Below, in pieces: positions 1-8,001 of a DNA stretch of 64,000 nt. Below the pieces are notes generated by a model. That model saw nothing but the letters and a program-made list of their open reading frames with translations. It was not told the origin of the DNA and searched no databases. The position numbers and the translations under genes were made by a program. Every line of letters begins with the position of its first letter. Position 1 is the stretch's first letter. The stretch comes from an uncultured Staphylococcaceae bacterium (lineage in GTDB: Bacteria; Bacillota_I; Bacilli_A; RFN20; CAG-826). The stretch is taken from contig CAYMRJ010000001.1 in NCBI GenBank assembly GCA_964392865.1, forward strand, positions 7,037 to 71,036. Reading direction: 5' to 3'.

Positions 1-1115
1 CCGGTTTGCCTTAGGCTCAGCGATTCCCTTTCGGAATCGGGCCTTTCCTTGGCCGCTTGGATGTAGATCTTCTTCCCGGCCCTTTCGCCGACGAAGTCGA
101 TTTCCTTGTCCCCGACTTTCCCGACGTAGACCTCGTAGCCTCTTCTTTTCATCTCGAGATAGACGATGTTCTCGAGCATGGCGCTGACGCCGCTCGGGGA
201 ATAGCCGAAGAGGGCGTATTTAAGAGAAGGGTCGGCAAGGAAATACTTCTCCATCGTCTTCAGGACCTTCTTGCCTTTGACGTCGTAGCGCGGGCAGCGG
301 TAGACGATGTAGCTCTTCTCGAGATAGCCGATGAAGTCGTAGATGGTTTCAACCGCTACTTTCCTTCCTTCGGACTTTAGGAACTTGCTGACCGAATTGG
401 CCGAGAAGGTCTTGCCGAGGTTTTCGAAGAGGAAGCGGACGACCCTCTCGAATAAATCGAAATTTCTAATCCCTTTGCGGTTCACGATGTCGCTTAGGAC
501 GATCGATTGATAGATGTCCTTGACCGGAGGATAGAGCTCTTCTCCCCTAAGGGGCGAAAGGATGAGGCCCGGGAAGCCGCCTTCCTTGAGGTAGGAAGCA
601 AAGCAGCTTCCCAGATCGGCCGTGCTTTCCTCGATTCCCCGGAAAAGGAGATATTCCGCGAAGGAAAGGGTATAGAGGGGAATGGTGACGTAGCGGCCGC
701 TTAGATGGGTCGAGATTTCCCCCGAAAGAAGCCGGGAGTTCGATCCCGTCACATAGACATCGGCTCCTAGTTCCTGCACAAGGGAATTGACGAACTTCTC
801 CCATTCGGGGAGTTCCTGGATCTCGTCGAGGAAGAGATAGAGCTTTCCTTCCTGCGCTTCGGCCTTCTCCTTGATTTCGCGATAGAAAAGGGAAGCATCG
901 AGCCTTCCGGCGTATTCGATGCTGTCGAGTTTGTAGAAAAGGATCCTCTCCCTATGAATGCCGCGGCTTTCCAATAGATCGGCGACCATCGTCAAAACCG
1001 TCGACTTTCCCGAGCGCCTCACGCCGGTGAGGATCTTGACCAAGGGAAGGTCGATGTATTTTTCGACTGCTTGGAGATATGTCTTCCTCTCGATATACAT
1101 GTCCATGGTCATCAT
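1..1115 (-). CDS. AAA+ ATPase, AAA_14/DUF4143-type (partial; 3' end runs off left edge)
   Basis: Absent from the ORF track because it has no stop inside the window. My translation from ATG 1115..1113 stays open for 371 codons to position 1 (MMTMDMYIERKTYLQAVEKY...QAAKERPDSERESLSLRQT). Walker A GVRRSGKST, Walker B LYLFLDEIQ. Paralog of 1505..2782. Confidence 0.8.
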   Translation of the reverse strand, partial: MMTMDMYIERKTYLQAVEKYIDLPLVKILTGVRRSGKSTVLTMVADLLESRGIHRERILFYKLDSIEYAGRLDASLFYREIKEKAEAQEGKLYLFLDEIQELPEWEKFVNSLVQELGADVYVTGSNSRLLSGEISTHLSGRYVTIPLYTLSFAEYLLFRGIEESTADLGSCFASYLKEGGFPGLILSPLRGEELYPPVKDIYQSIVLSDIVNRKGIRNFDLFERVVRFLFENLGKTFSANSVSKFLKSEGRKVAVETIYDFIGYLEKSYIVYRCPRYDVKGKKVLKTMEKYFLADPSLKYALFGYSPSGVSAMLENIVYLEMKRRGYEVYVGKVGDKEIDFVGERAGKKIYIQAAKERPDSERESLSLRQT

Positions 1116-1504
1116 AGCTTATCTGCCTTCTCAATGAAAGTTTTTAGGTCTATGGACTTAATCTTTTAGTGTTTCTACAAGGTTTTTCGGTCTTTAGGCT
1201 GAAGGCTTTTATCTTCAGCCACCTCCGAAAATTTCTGGTTAGCAACAAGGAAATGCTAGGTTTTATCGATGATTTTTGGATTTTGATCCTCTATTGCCTC
1301 ACTTAATGCGTGTCCCCGCAAGGGGAGAATGCTCGAAGAGGGGCCTTTTTCTTTGGCTGGACGTTGTAACGAGATGGGCAAAAAATCTCCATTTCGTGGA
1401 CATAAGCCCATCTCCCACTAATAAGTAGGGCGAAAATCGCCGTTTGGTCCCTTATTTCTGAAAAAATCCGCCGGAATGTTGATCAAACCGCAGATAAGGA
1501 GCTG

Positions 1505-2782
1505 CTAAATCAGATCTTTCGTTTTGGATACGAGGTAGAGAGGGATGTTCGTAACTGCCCCGTCCATCTTGTAATGGCGCTTCGAATAGCGGATGGCCGC
1601 CTCGGGCTTTCTCTGACTCACGTAGCGCCTGAAGGAAGAGGCGGCCTTCCCTTCTCCGCTTTTGACTTCGACGGGAATGACCGATTCTTCTTTTTCCAAC
1701 AGGAAATCGATCTCGGTTTCTTTGTAGGCGTAGTAATGCAAGGGACCGTAGAGACCGTATAGCTGCTGCAAGACGAAGTTCTCGGTCAGCGCCCTCTTGA
1801 AGGGATATTCCTCCTTAAGGAGGATGTCGGAATTCTCGAGGCCGGCCATATGCTTCAAAAGGCCGGTGTCGAAGAAATACAGTTTGAAGATAGCGGGCCT
1901 CTCCTGCTCCTTGAGCGGATATATCGGCTCACTTACGTTTACGGCCTTCCGGACGATCCCGGCGCCCGAGAGCCAATCGATGGCTTCTTCGAAATCGCGG
2001 CCCCTCGCCCCTTCCTTGATCGCCCCGTACATGAACTTTTCGTTCGGCTTGGCCAATTGGGAAACGAGGCTATGGAAGACAAGGGACAGGCGTCCGCTAT
2101 CGAAGGAACCCCAATAGTATGAGAAATCATCTTGGATGATTCCGAGGATTTCGCTTTGTTTCTTGGAAATGAGGGCCGGATCCTTCTCGTTTTCCCAAGA
2201 AAGAACGCATTCCGGCATCCCGCCGATGATGAGGTATTCGTCGTAATAGCTTAGGAGCCTACGGTGATAGGACTCATCGATCCATTGATGCTTTTCTATC
2301 TGCTCGTAATAGAAACGGATCGAGGGATCCAAGGCCATGAGGAATTCATGGAAATCCAAAGGGCATAGTTCGAGGAATTCGACGTCGGAAAAGTCGGGCC
2401 TCCCGTCCAAAAGGCCGAGGTAGGATCCGGCGGCAATGATGTTCAATCCCTTCCAGGCGCTTCCAAAAGCCTTCAACGCTTCCAAGGCATCGGTGCATTC
2501 CTGGATATCGTCGAGAATTAGGAGAGTGTTCCCCGAAGATACCTTCTTCCCCGCAACCATCGAGAGCATTTCGATGATGCGGTCGGTGTCTTGGCTATGT
2601 TTGAAAACGACATTGAGGCTCGGGTCTTCCTTGAAATTGAAATAGCAGACCGATTTGTACCCCTTCCCGAACTCCTTTAGGAGCCAAGTCTTGCCGACCC
2701 GCCTCGGCCCATAGACCAAAAGGGGCTTATGATTCGGCTTCTCCTTCCAAATCCTTAGTTTTGCTAGGGCTTTCCGTTCCAT
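1505..2782 (-). CDS. AAA+ ATPase, AAA_14/DUF4143-type
   Basis: ORF track, 425 aa. Walker A GPRRVGKT, Walker B LLILDDIQ. Overall layout matches the widespread 'ATPase (AAA+ superfamily)' DUF4143 proteins. Confidence 0.85.
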   Translation of the reverse strand: MERKALAKLRIWKEKPNHKPLLVYGPRRVGKTWLLKEFGKGYKSVCYFNFKEDPSLNVVFKHSQDTDRIIEMLSMVAGKKVSSGNTLLILDDIQECTDALEALKAFGSAWKGLNIIAAGSYLGLLDGRPDFSDVEFLELCPLDFHEFLMALDPSIRFYYEQIEKHQWIDESYHRRLLSYYDEYLIIGGMPECVLSWENEKDPALISKKQSEILGIIQDDFSYYWGSFDSGRLSLVFHSLVSQLAKPNEKFMYGAIKEGARGRDFEEAIDWLSGAGIVRKAVNVSEPIYPLKEQERPAIFKLYFFDTGLLKHMAGLENSDILLKEEYPFKRALTENFVLQQLYGLYGPLHYYAYKETEIDFLLEKEESVIPVEVKSGEGKAASSFRRYVSQRKPEAAIRYSKRHYKMDGAVTNIPLYLVSKTKDLI

Positions 2783-2940
2783 TGCTCGGCTCCTTACGGG
2801 CCAACTCTATCACCTTTTTATTGGGTTTTCGAAAAGGTTTTCGCACATTTTTCCGCCTTTTCGATTTTGGTTTTTGGCTATCTTTCTAAATCTACCTCTA
2901 ATACTTAGCCTTTAGCCAAAAACCACTTGATCCCTTAGAT

Positions 2941-2973
2941 AAACAAAAAACCTATAACGGCTGGCGTTATAGG
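2941..2973 (-). terminator. Intrinsic terminator downstream of tRNA-Gln
   Basis: Stem CCTATAACG / CGTTATAGG (2951-2959 / 2965-2973), 5-nt loop, then TTTTTTGTTT on the minus strand (complement of 2941-2950). Confidence 0.65.
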
Positions 2974-2983
2974 CAGTTGGCTT

Positions 2984-3058
2984 TGGCTGGGGTGACTGGG
3001 ATCGAACCAGTGCATGTCGGATTCAGAGTCCGAAGCCTTACCGCTTGGCTACACCCCA
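2984..3058 (-). tRNA. tRNA-Gln (anticodon CUG)
   Basis: Reverse complement TGGGGTGTAGCCAAGCGGTAAGGCTTCGGACTCTGAATCCGACATGCACTGGTTCGATCCCAGTCACCCCAGCCA. Cloverleaf folds by hand: U1-A72 as in bacterial tRNA-Gln, anticodon loop CTCTGAA, T-loop TTCGATC, encoded CCA. Confidence 0.9.
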
Positions 3059-3132
3059 AAGCGCAAGCCATATTCTATACACCGAAACGCCCAAAACAAG
3101 ACTTTGCCCTTTATAAGGGCCTCCGTATCCTC

Positions 3133-3138
3133 TACAAT
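3133..3138 (+). promoter_or_regulatory. -10 hexamer TACAAT 8 nt upstream of the udk ATG (leaderless-type)
   Basis: ctcTACAATcccgcccgATG. No SD between the hexamer and the ATG. Confidence 0.45.
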
Positions 3139-3146
3139 CCCGCCCG

Positions 3147-3755
3147 ATGGCCAAGATCATCGGCGTGGCCGGGGGCTCCGGCTCCGGCAAGACCTATATC
3201 GCCAGGCTCCTCCATAGCTGCCTGAAAGACTCCGTCATCCTCCCGCTCGATTGCTATTACAAAGACCAAAGCCACCTTTCAATCGAGGAAAGGGAACTTC
3301 TCAACTACGACGATCCCGCCGTTTTGGACATCGATGCTTTCATGAATGACCTCGATGCTTTGAAGAGAGGCGAAAGCATCGAAGTCCCCCAATACGATTT
3401 CGTCACCCATACGAGGAAACCCGAAACCAGGACCCTCCATAGCGCTTCCTACATTTTGGCCGAGGGAATCCTAATCTACTGCCGTCCGGAATATCTCAGT
3501 CACTTCGATTACAAGATCTACGTCGAAAGCGACGGGGACGTGAGATTGGCCCGCCGCCTCCTTAGGGACGAGGCCGAAAGGGGACGCGAACCCTTCTCCA
3601 TCATCAGGCAATACCTCTCCAGCGTCCGCCCCATGCACGTGAAATACGTCCGTCCGACCAAGAAGCTGGCCGACCGGATGTTCTACAACAATGGCTTCGA
3701 CGGCCTCGACAAAGAAGACATCAAAGACATCCTCGCGGATATAAAGGCCCTTTAG
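3147..3755 (+). CDS. udk: Uridine kinase
   Basis: P-loop IGVAGGSGSGKT. Blocks LPLDCYYKD and VPQYDFVTHTR are typical of uridine/cytidine kinase. Confidence 0.9.
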   Translation: MAKIIGVAGGSGSGKTYIARLLHSCLKDSVILPLDCYYKDQSHLSIEERELLNYDDPAVLDIDAFMNDLDALKRGESIEVPQYDFVTHTRKPETRTLHSASYILAEGILIYCRPEYLSHFDYKIYVESDGDVRLARRLLRDEAERGREPFSIIRQYLSSVRPMHVKYVRPTKKLADRMFYNNGFDGLDKEDIKDILADIKAL

Positions 3756-3917
3756 GCCGCATCGTAGGAATCGCGGTAGGAAGTAGAACCGCTTTGGTAG
3801 TCCTCTTCCCTTCTCTTGCGCGATTCGCTGCTATCGCTACGGGGCTTATTGGCCCCTTTCTTTTTCTTTTCGTCCATCGGCCATAGAATGCTAAGGCAGA
3901 GCAAGGAGGTTAGAAAG

Positions 3918-4466
3918 ATGCCAAGAGGTTTGATCCTAGCGCCGAACGGCTGCGAAGATACGGAAATCGTCGCGACGAGGGATGTTCTTTTAAGGACCGG
4001 CCAAATCCAAATAGATATGGCCAGTCTGACCGATGAAAAGGAATTCAAAACGAGCCACGGTTTGGTCATCAGGGCCGAAACGACCATCGATGAAGTTGAT
4101 GAGAATGACTATGACTTCATCTACCTCCCTGGGGGGAAGGTGGGGGTCGATAACATTCTCGCCTCCGAAAAAGCCTTGGAACTCATCAAGGCCTTCAGGA
4201 AAGCCGATAAGGTTTTGGCCGCCATCTGCGCCGCCCCGTCCATCCTCGGCAAGCTCGGTCTATTGGAGGGCGTGACCTATACCTGCTTCCCGGGCTTCGA
4301 AACCGAAGGAGGCATCAAAGCCGATGCCCCGGCCGTCAGCGACCAGAAGATCGTCACGGGACGCTCGATGTATTACTCCGCCGACTTCGGGGAGCTCTTG
4401 GTCCAGGCACTCCTCGGCCAAGAAGCCGCCGATGCCTTGTATCGCCCGATCAGGGGCCTTAGATGA
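3918..4466 (+). CDS. DJ-1/PfpI (ThiJ) family protein
   Basis: Start moved to ATG 3918, preceded by AAGGAGG (3903-3909). The track start at 3816 adds an implausible Phe-rich extension. Nucleophile-elbow motif AAICAAPSILG. Confidence 0.85.
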   Translation: MPRGLILAPNGCEDTEIVATRDVLLRTGQIQIDMASLTDEKEFKTSHGLVIRAETTIDEVDENDYDFIYLPGGKVGVDNILASEKALELIKAFRKADKVLAAICAAPSILGKLGLLEGVTYTCFPGFETEGGIKADAPAVSDQKIVTGRSMYYSADFGELLVQALLGQEAADALYRPIRGLR

Positions 4467-5331
4467 ACAAGAAGGCATAGCCTAGGGCCAAAGAGACTAT
4501 CGTCAGGGCCGCGAGCATGATCGCGGCCTTTTTCATGTTCTCTTTACCGCCTGAGGAAAGGACGAGGATGCCTAGTCCGGAGTTGACCGAAAGGCCGCAT
4601 AAAAGGGCACCGAAAGGCAGAGCCCCTTGGATATACAAAGAGGAGAGCAAGACCGAGGAAGCGCAGTTCGGGATGAGGCCGATGACCAAGGCGTATAGAG
4701 GCGATAGATAGGTGCTGGAAGAAAGGAAATTGGTAATCGGCTCTTCGAAGTAAAGCATCAATAGGCCGAAGAGGAAGAAAACGGCGAAGCTGATGAGGAA
4801 CATCTTGAAGCTATGCCAAAGGGGATGGAGGAGGTGTTCCTTGAGGGCGCTTTCCTCTTCACCGATATGGTGCCCGCAGCAGCCGACGGCCTTCTCCTCT
4901 TCCCCATGGCAATGCTCCATATGCTCATGGACGCTATGGCGATTCTTGGTCAGGCATAAGTCGATCAGATAACCGAATACCAGGCCGGCCAGCATCTTGA
5001 TGAGAAGGACGGCAATGCCAGCAAGGATAGTGTCGCCGCTACTGAATAGAACGGGCAAGCCTTCGTCGCTCGTGGCCAAAAACAGCGCAAAAAGGGTCCC
5101 GAATGTCAGATGCCTCTTTTTGTAGAGGTCGGCCCCGACGACGGAAATGCCGCATTGGGGAATGGCGCCGAGTAGGGCCCCGGCCGCCGGGCCATAGGCC
5201 CCGGGCCTGCCTAAGAAAGAGGCGACCCTTCCTTCGAAGAAGGAGAGGATGAAGTAAAGGAAGAAAGCGACGGCGAAGACATAGAAACCTTCTTCCAAGG
5301 CTTCGACGAGAACGGAAATGACTTCGGCCAT
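4459..5331 (-). CDS. Polytopic membrane protein, putative heavy-metal/Mn exporter family (ArsP_2/DUF2899-like)
   Basis: About 10 predicted TM segments with duplicated IPQCG / IPNCASS motifs. Central His/Cys/Glu loop HSVHEHMEHCHGEEEKAVGCCGHHIGEEE. Family assignment is from memory and was not searched. Confidence 0.65.
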   Translation of the reverse strand: MAEVISVLVEALEEGFYVFAVAFFLYFILSFFEGRVASFLGRPGAYGPAAGALLGAIPQCGISVVGADLYKKRHLTFGTLFALFLATSDEGLPVLFSSGDTILAGIAVLLIKMLAGLVFGYLIDLCLTKNRHSVHEHMEHCHGEEEKAVGCCGHHIGEEESALKEHLLHPLWHSFKMFLISFAVFFLFGLLMLYFEEPITNFLSSSTYLSPLYALVIGLIPNCASSVLLSSLYIQGALPFGALLCGLSVNSGLGILVLSSGGKENMKKAAIMLAALTIVSLALGYAFLFI

Positions 5332-5355
5332 GGTGCAAGTATAAGACCAAAAAGA

Positions 5356-6201
5356 ATGGGCTTTGCTATACTTTTGCCCATGGAAAACGAGAAGACGGAA
5401 AATATCGGTAGAGGCACCAGAAAGGCCATGGGGAGCATCCCCAAATACGAGCCCAATCCCCTATCGAGCTTCAAGAAGACGATCGCCATCGTTAGCGGCA
5501 AGGGCGGAGTCGGGAAATCCTTGGTCAGCGACCTTCTAGCCGTTTATCTCAATAGAAAAGGCCATAAGGTCGCCTTGCTCGATGCCGATATCACCGGCCC
5601 GAGCCTTCCCAAGGCCTTTGGCCTAGGCAAGCAAAAGCCAACAGGCGACCAAAGCGCCATCTACGCCATCAAGAGCAAGGAAGGGATCGCCACCATGTCC
5701 TCGGCTTATCTCTTGGAAAAGGAAAGCGATCCCGTCATCTGGCGCGGCCCGATGATCGCCGGATTGCTCGGGAGTTTCTACAGGGAAACCGTCTACGGCG
5801 AAAATGACTTCCTCTTAATCGACATGCCGCCGGGAACCGGGGATATCCCTTTAACCGCCTTCCAAAGCATCCCCGTCGACGGGATCGTCGTCGTGGCCTC
5901 GCCCCAGGATCTTGTTTCCCTCATCGTCGAGAAGGCCGTCAACATGGCCAAGATGATGGACATCCCCATCATCGGCCTCGTCGAGAACATGTCCTACTTC
6001 CTCTGCCCAGATTGCGGCGAGAAGCACTATATCTACGGGGAAGGCAAGGCCAAGGCGGCCGCCGAGGAATACGGGATTCCCTTGCTAGATGAGATCCCCA
6101 TCATGCCCGAGCTGGCCGAACTGGTCGATCTCGGGAAGATCGAAGGCGCTCCGGATGGCCTCTTGCCTTTGACCCTAGCCGCCATCGAAGGGAAACTATA
6201 G
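5356..6201 (+). CDS. Mrp/NBP35 (ApbC) family P-loop ATPase, Fe-S cluster carrier
   Basis: Deviant Walker A SGKGGVGKS. CPDCG (CxxC) motif. Alternative start at ATG 5380, which sits 7 nt after TATACT (5367-5372). Confidence 0.85.
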   Translation: MGFAILLPMENEKTENIGRGTRKAMGSIPKYEPNPLSSFKKTIAIVSGKGGVGKSLVSDLLAVYLNRKGHKVALLDADITGPSLPKAFGLGKQKPTGDQSAIYAIKSKEGIATMSSAYLLEKESDPVIWRGPMIAGLLGSFYRETVYGENDFLLIDMPPGTGDIPLTAFQSIPVDGIVVVASPQDLVSLIVEKAVNMAKMMDIPIIGLVENMSYFLCPDCGEKHYIYGEGKAKAAAEEYGIPLLDEIPIMPELAELVDLGKIEGAPDGLLPLTLAAIEGKL

Positions 6202-6203
6202 GC

Positions 6204-6959
6204 ATGAAGAGACTCCTTGCTTCTTCCCTGCTCCTGCTTGGCTTGCTTTGCGCCTGCGGAGGCGAGGAAGAGATAACAAGCGAAAGCCAATCCTACCGGG
6301 AAACCGTCATCGCCAATATCGAAGCGATGCCTCTTCCCGACTATGCGGTGGCGACCGCATGGACGACCATCGACGAAATCCAAGGCGATGACGCAAACGG
6401 CTATCTCGATATCTATAGCGAAATCCTGACCACGGCTTATTTCGATCTAAAAGAAGGCACCGCCCATATCGATGCCGTCCTTACGGCTCAGATAGATACC
6501 CTCGATTCCGAAGGCAATGCCACCCTCAGTGCCGAAATGGTAGGCACCGAACTCATGTGGATCTTCAAAGATGAAACGAGGGGAACCTTGGAAGCCTATG
6601 ACGTAAGCCTAATAGGTCCCGGCGACTTCACCTACGAAGACAAATGGTACGCCTCCTCTGAGAGTAGCGCCGAAGAGCTCTACCGCTCGATTGCCTTGAC
6701 TCCCACCGAAGTCTTCGAAAGCGGCGGCGATTTCACCGTCACCCTCATCGACCACGATCCCTATTACCTCTACATCCGCCAAAGCGACGAGAACGGGAGC
6801 ATGTCGGCCTTATACGAAGATGGCTATCTCCGGAGAATCGTCATGGAAAGCGAGAGCCAAAGCATCACCTTCGCCTTCGATTATCCCGAAACCCTCGAAA
6901 TCGAATTGCCCGATATCGATGACGGAACCTGGAACGAAGGGATCTACGAAGAGTTCTAA
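6204..6959 (+). CDS. Lipoprotein, unknown function
   Basis: Signal peptide with lipobox LLCAC-GGEEE. ATG lies 2 nt after the mrp-like stop. Asp/Glu/Tyr/Thr-rich mature part. Confidence 0.8.
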   Translation: MKRLLASSLLLLGLLCACGGEEEITSESQSYRETVIANIEAMPLPDYAVATAWTTIDEIQGDDANGYLDIYSEILTTAYFDLKEGTAHIDAVLTAQIDTLDSEGNATLSAEMVGTELMWIFKDETRGTLEAYDVSLIGPGDFTYEDKWYASSESSAEELYRSIALTPTEVFESGGDFTVTLIDHDPYYLYIRQSDENGSMSALYEDGYLRRIVMESESQSITFAFDYPETLEIELPDIDDGTWNEGIYEEF

Positions 6960-6973
6960 AGAGCTTCCCTAAT

Positions 6974-7003
6974 AGAAAAGTCGGCCCGAAGGCCGACGTT
7001 TTC
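6974..7003. terminator. Bidirectional intrinsic terminator
   Basis: Stem GTCGGCC / GGCCGAC (6980-6986 / 6991-6997), loop CGAA. T-runs on both strands (GTTTTCA on plus, TTTTCTATT on minus). Sits between the convergent genes 6204..6959 and 7012..7173. Confidence 0.7.
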
Positions 7004-7011
7004 ATCGCTTG

Positions 7012-7173
7012 TTAGCGGGGTCCACCTCCGCCGCCAGGGCCTCCCCCTCCGGGTCCGCCGCCAGGGCCGCCCGGGCCTCCGCCCGGTCCGCCGGGTCCGC
7101 CGTGCCCATGGGGGCCGTGCATGTGTCCGGGGTGCGGATGATGGTGATGGTGATGACGATGCCAGAAGCACAT
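7012..7173 (-). CDS. 53-aa His-run / Gly-Pro-repeat microprotein (not in ORF track)
   Basis: Hand translation: MCFWHRHHHHHHPHPGHMHGPHGHGGPGGPGGGPGGPGGGPGGGGPGGGGGPR*. AAGGAGGG lies 7 nt upstream of ATG 7173. The ORF starts 36 nt downstream of the SDR stop. TAA at 7012-7014 is followed by the 6980-6997 terminator. Confidence 0.6.
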   Translation of the reverse strand: MCFWHRHHHHHHPHPGHMHGPHGHGGPGGPGGGPGGPGGGPGGGGPGGGGGPR

Positions 7174-7209
7174 ATTCAGTCCCTCCTTTTCACAATCCTT
7201 ATTATATCA

Positions 7210-8001
7210 TCAATTCAAAGCCGCGCCCCCATCGACGTTGAGGGATTGGCCGGTAATGTGGTTGGCGTATTCCGAGCATAGGAAAAGGACGGCATAGGCG
7301 ATGTCCTCGGGCCTTTGATCTCCCCTTTCGAGTGGGATGAAGGTCTTGAGGCTTTCCTTCCAAGCCTCTTCCCTATCTTTTCCGCCTTCTTCGTAGGCAT
7401 CGAGGATCTTCTCCCACATCGGCGTGCGGATGATGCCGGGGCAGACGGCATTGACGTTGATGTTATAAGGTGCGCCTGCAAGGGCGGCGGCCTGGGTCGT
7501 ATAGATAACGGCGGATTTGGTCATGCCGTAGTGAGCAAAGCCCTCCTTCAGGGCATGGCGGCCGGCAAAGGAAGAAATATTGACGATCTTCCCTTCTATC
7601 CCTAGTTCGATCATGTGCTTCATGGCGGCTTGGCAGCCGTTATTTACGCCCATGAGGTTCACATCGATAAGCTTGCGGATTTCCTCTCGGCTTGTTTCTA
7701 GGAAGGAGTTCAGGCCGACGATGCCGGCATTGTTAATGACGATATCGAGGCGACCGGTTTCTTTGATGGCTTTGAGGAAGACGGCGTCTACGGATTCGTA
7801 ATTTCCGACATCTGCAACGCACGGTTCGGCTTTGAGGCCGGCGGCTTTCAGGCCGTGACAAAACTCTTTGGCCTTCTCTTCCAATAGGTCGGCGACGTAG
7901 ACGGTAGCCCCGCCCTTGGCAAGTTCGGTGGCTATAGCTTGGCCGATGCCGCGGCCGGCACCGAAGACGACTGCTGTCTTTTTCGGGAAGGTTATATCCA
8001 T
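7210..8001 (-). CDS. Short-chain dehydrogenase/reductase (SDR) family oxidoreductase
   Basis: Cofactor motif GAGRGIG, NNAG, catalytic YGMTKSA (YxxxK). Confidence 0.9.
   Translation of the reverse strand: MDITFPKKTAVVFGAGRGIGQAIATELAKGGATVYVADLLEEKAKEFCHGLKAAGLKAEPCVADVGNYESVDAVFLKAIKETGRLDIVINNAGIVGLNSFLETSREEIRKLIDVNLMGVNNGCQAAMKHMIELGIEGKIVNISSFAGRHALKEGFAHYGMTKSAVIYTTQAAALAGAPYNINVNAVCPGIIRTPMWEKILDAYEEGGKDREEAWKESLKTFIPLERGDQRPEDIAYAVLFLCSEYANHITGQSLNVDGGAALN

Noticed and set aside
57-1134. Short track ORFs at the left end: 57..380 (+), 507..704 (+), 547..804 (-), 952..1134 (-).
   Set aside because: All lie within or opposite the 371-codon open frame of the edge-truncated DUF4143 ATPase (1..1115, minus strand). 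That frame has Walker motifs and a paralog next door.
7012-7173. The six-His run as a his-operon-style attenuation leader peptide.
   Set aside because: Nothing lies downstream to regulate. The ORF is followed immediately by a bidirectional terminator and a convergent gene. The His run also sits at the N-terminus of a 53-aa ORF rather than just before an attenuator.
6956-7281. Track ORFs 6956..7171 (-, Arg/Pro/Trp-rich) and 7009..7281 (+, Ala/Ser/Arg-rich) over the GGN/CCN repeat.
   Set aside because: They are alternative frames of the same repeat. Only the His/Gly-Pro frame (7012..7173) has an AAGGAGGG SD at proper spacing and a stop placed directly before the terminator. 6956..7171 would read through the terminator hairpin, and 7009..7281 runs antisense into the SDR gene.
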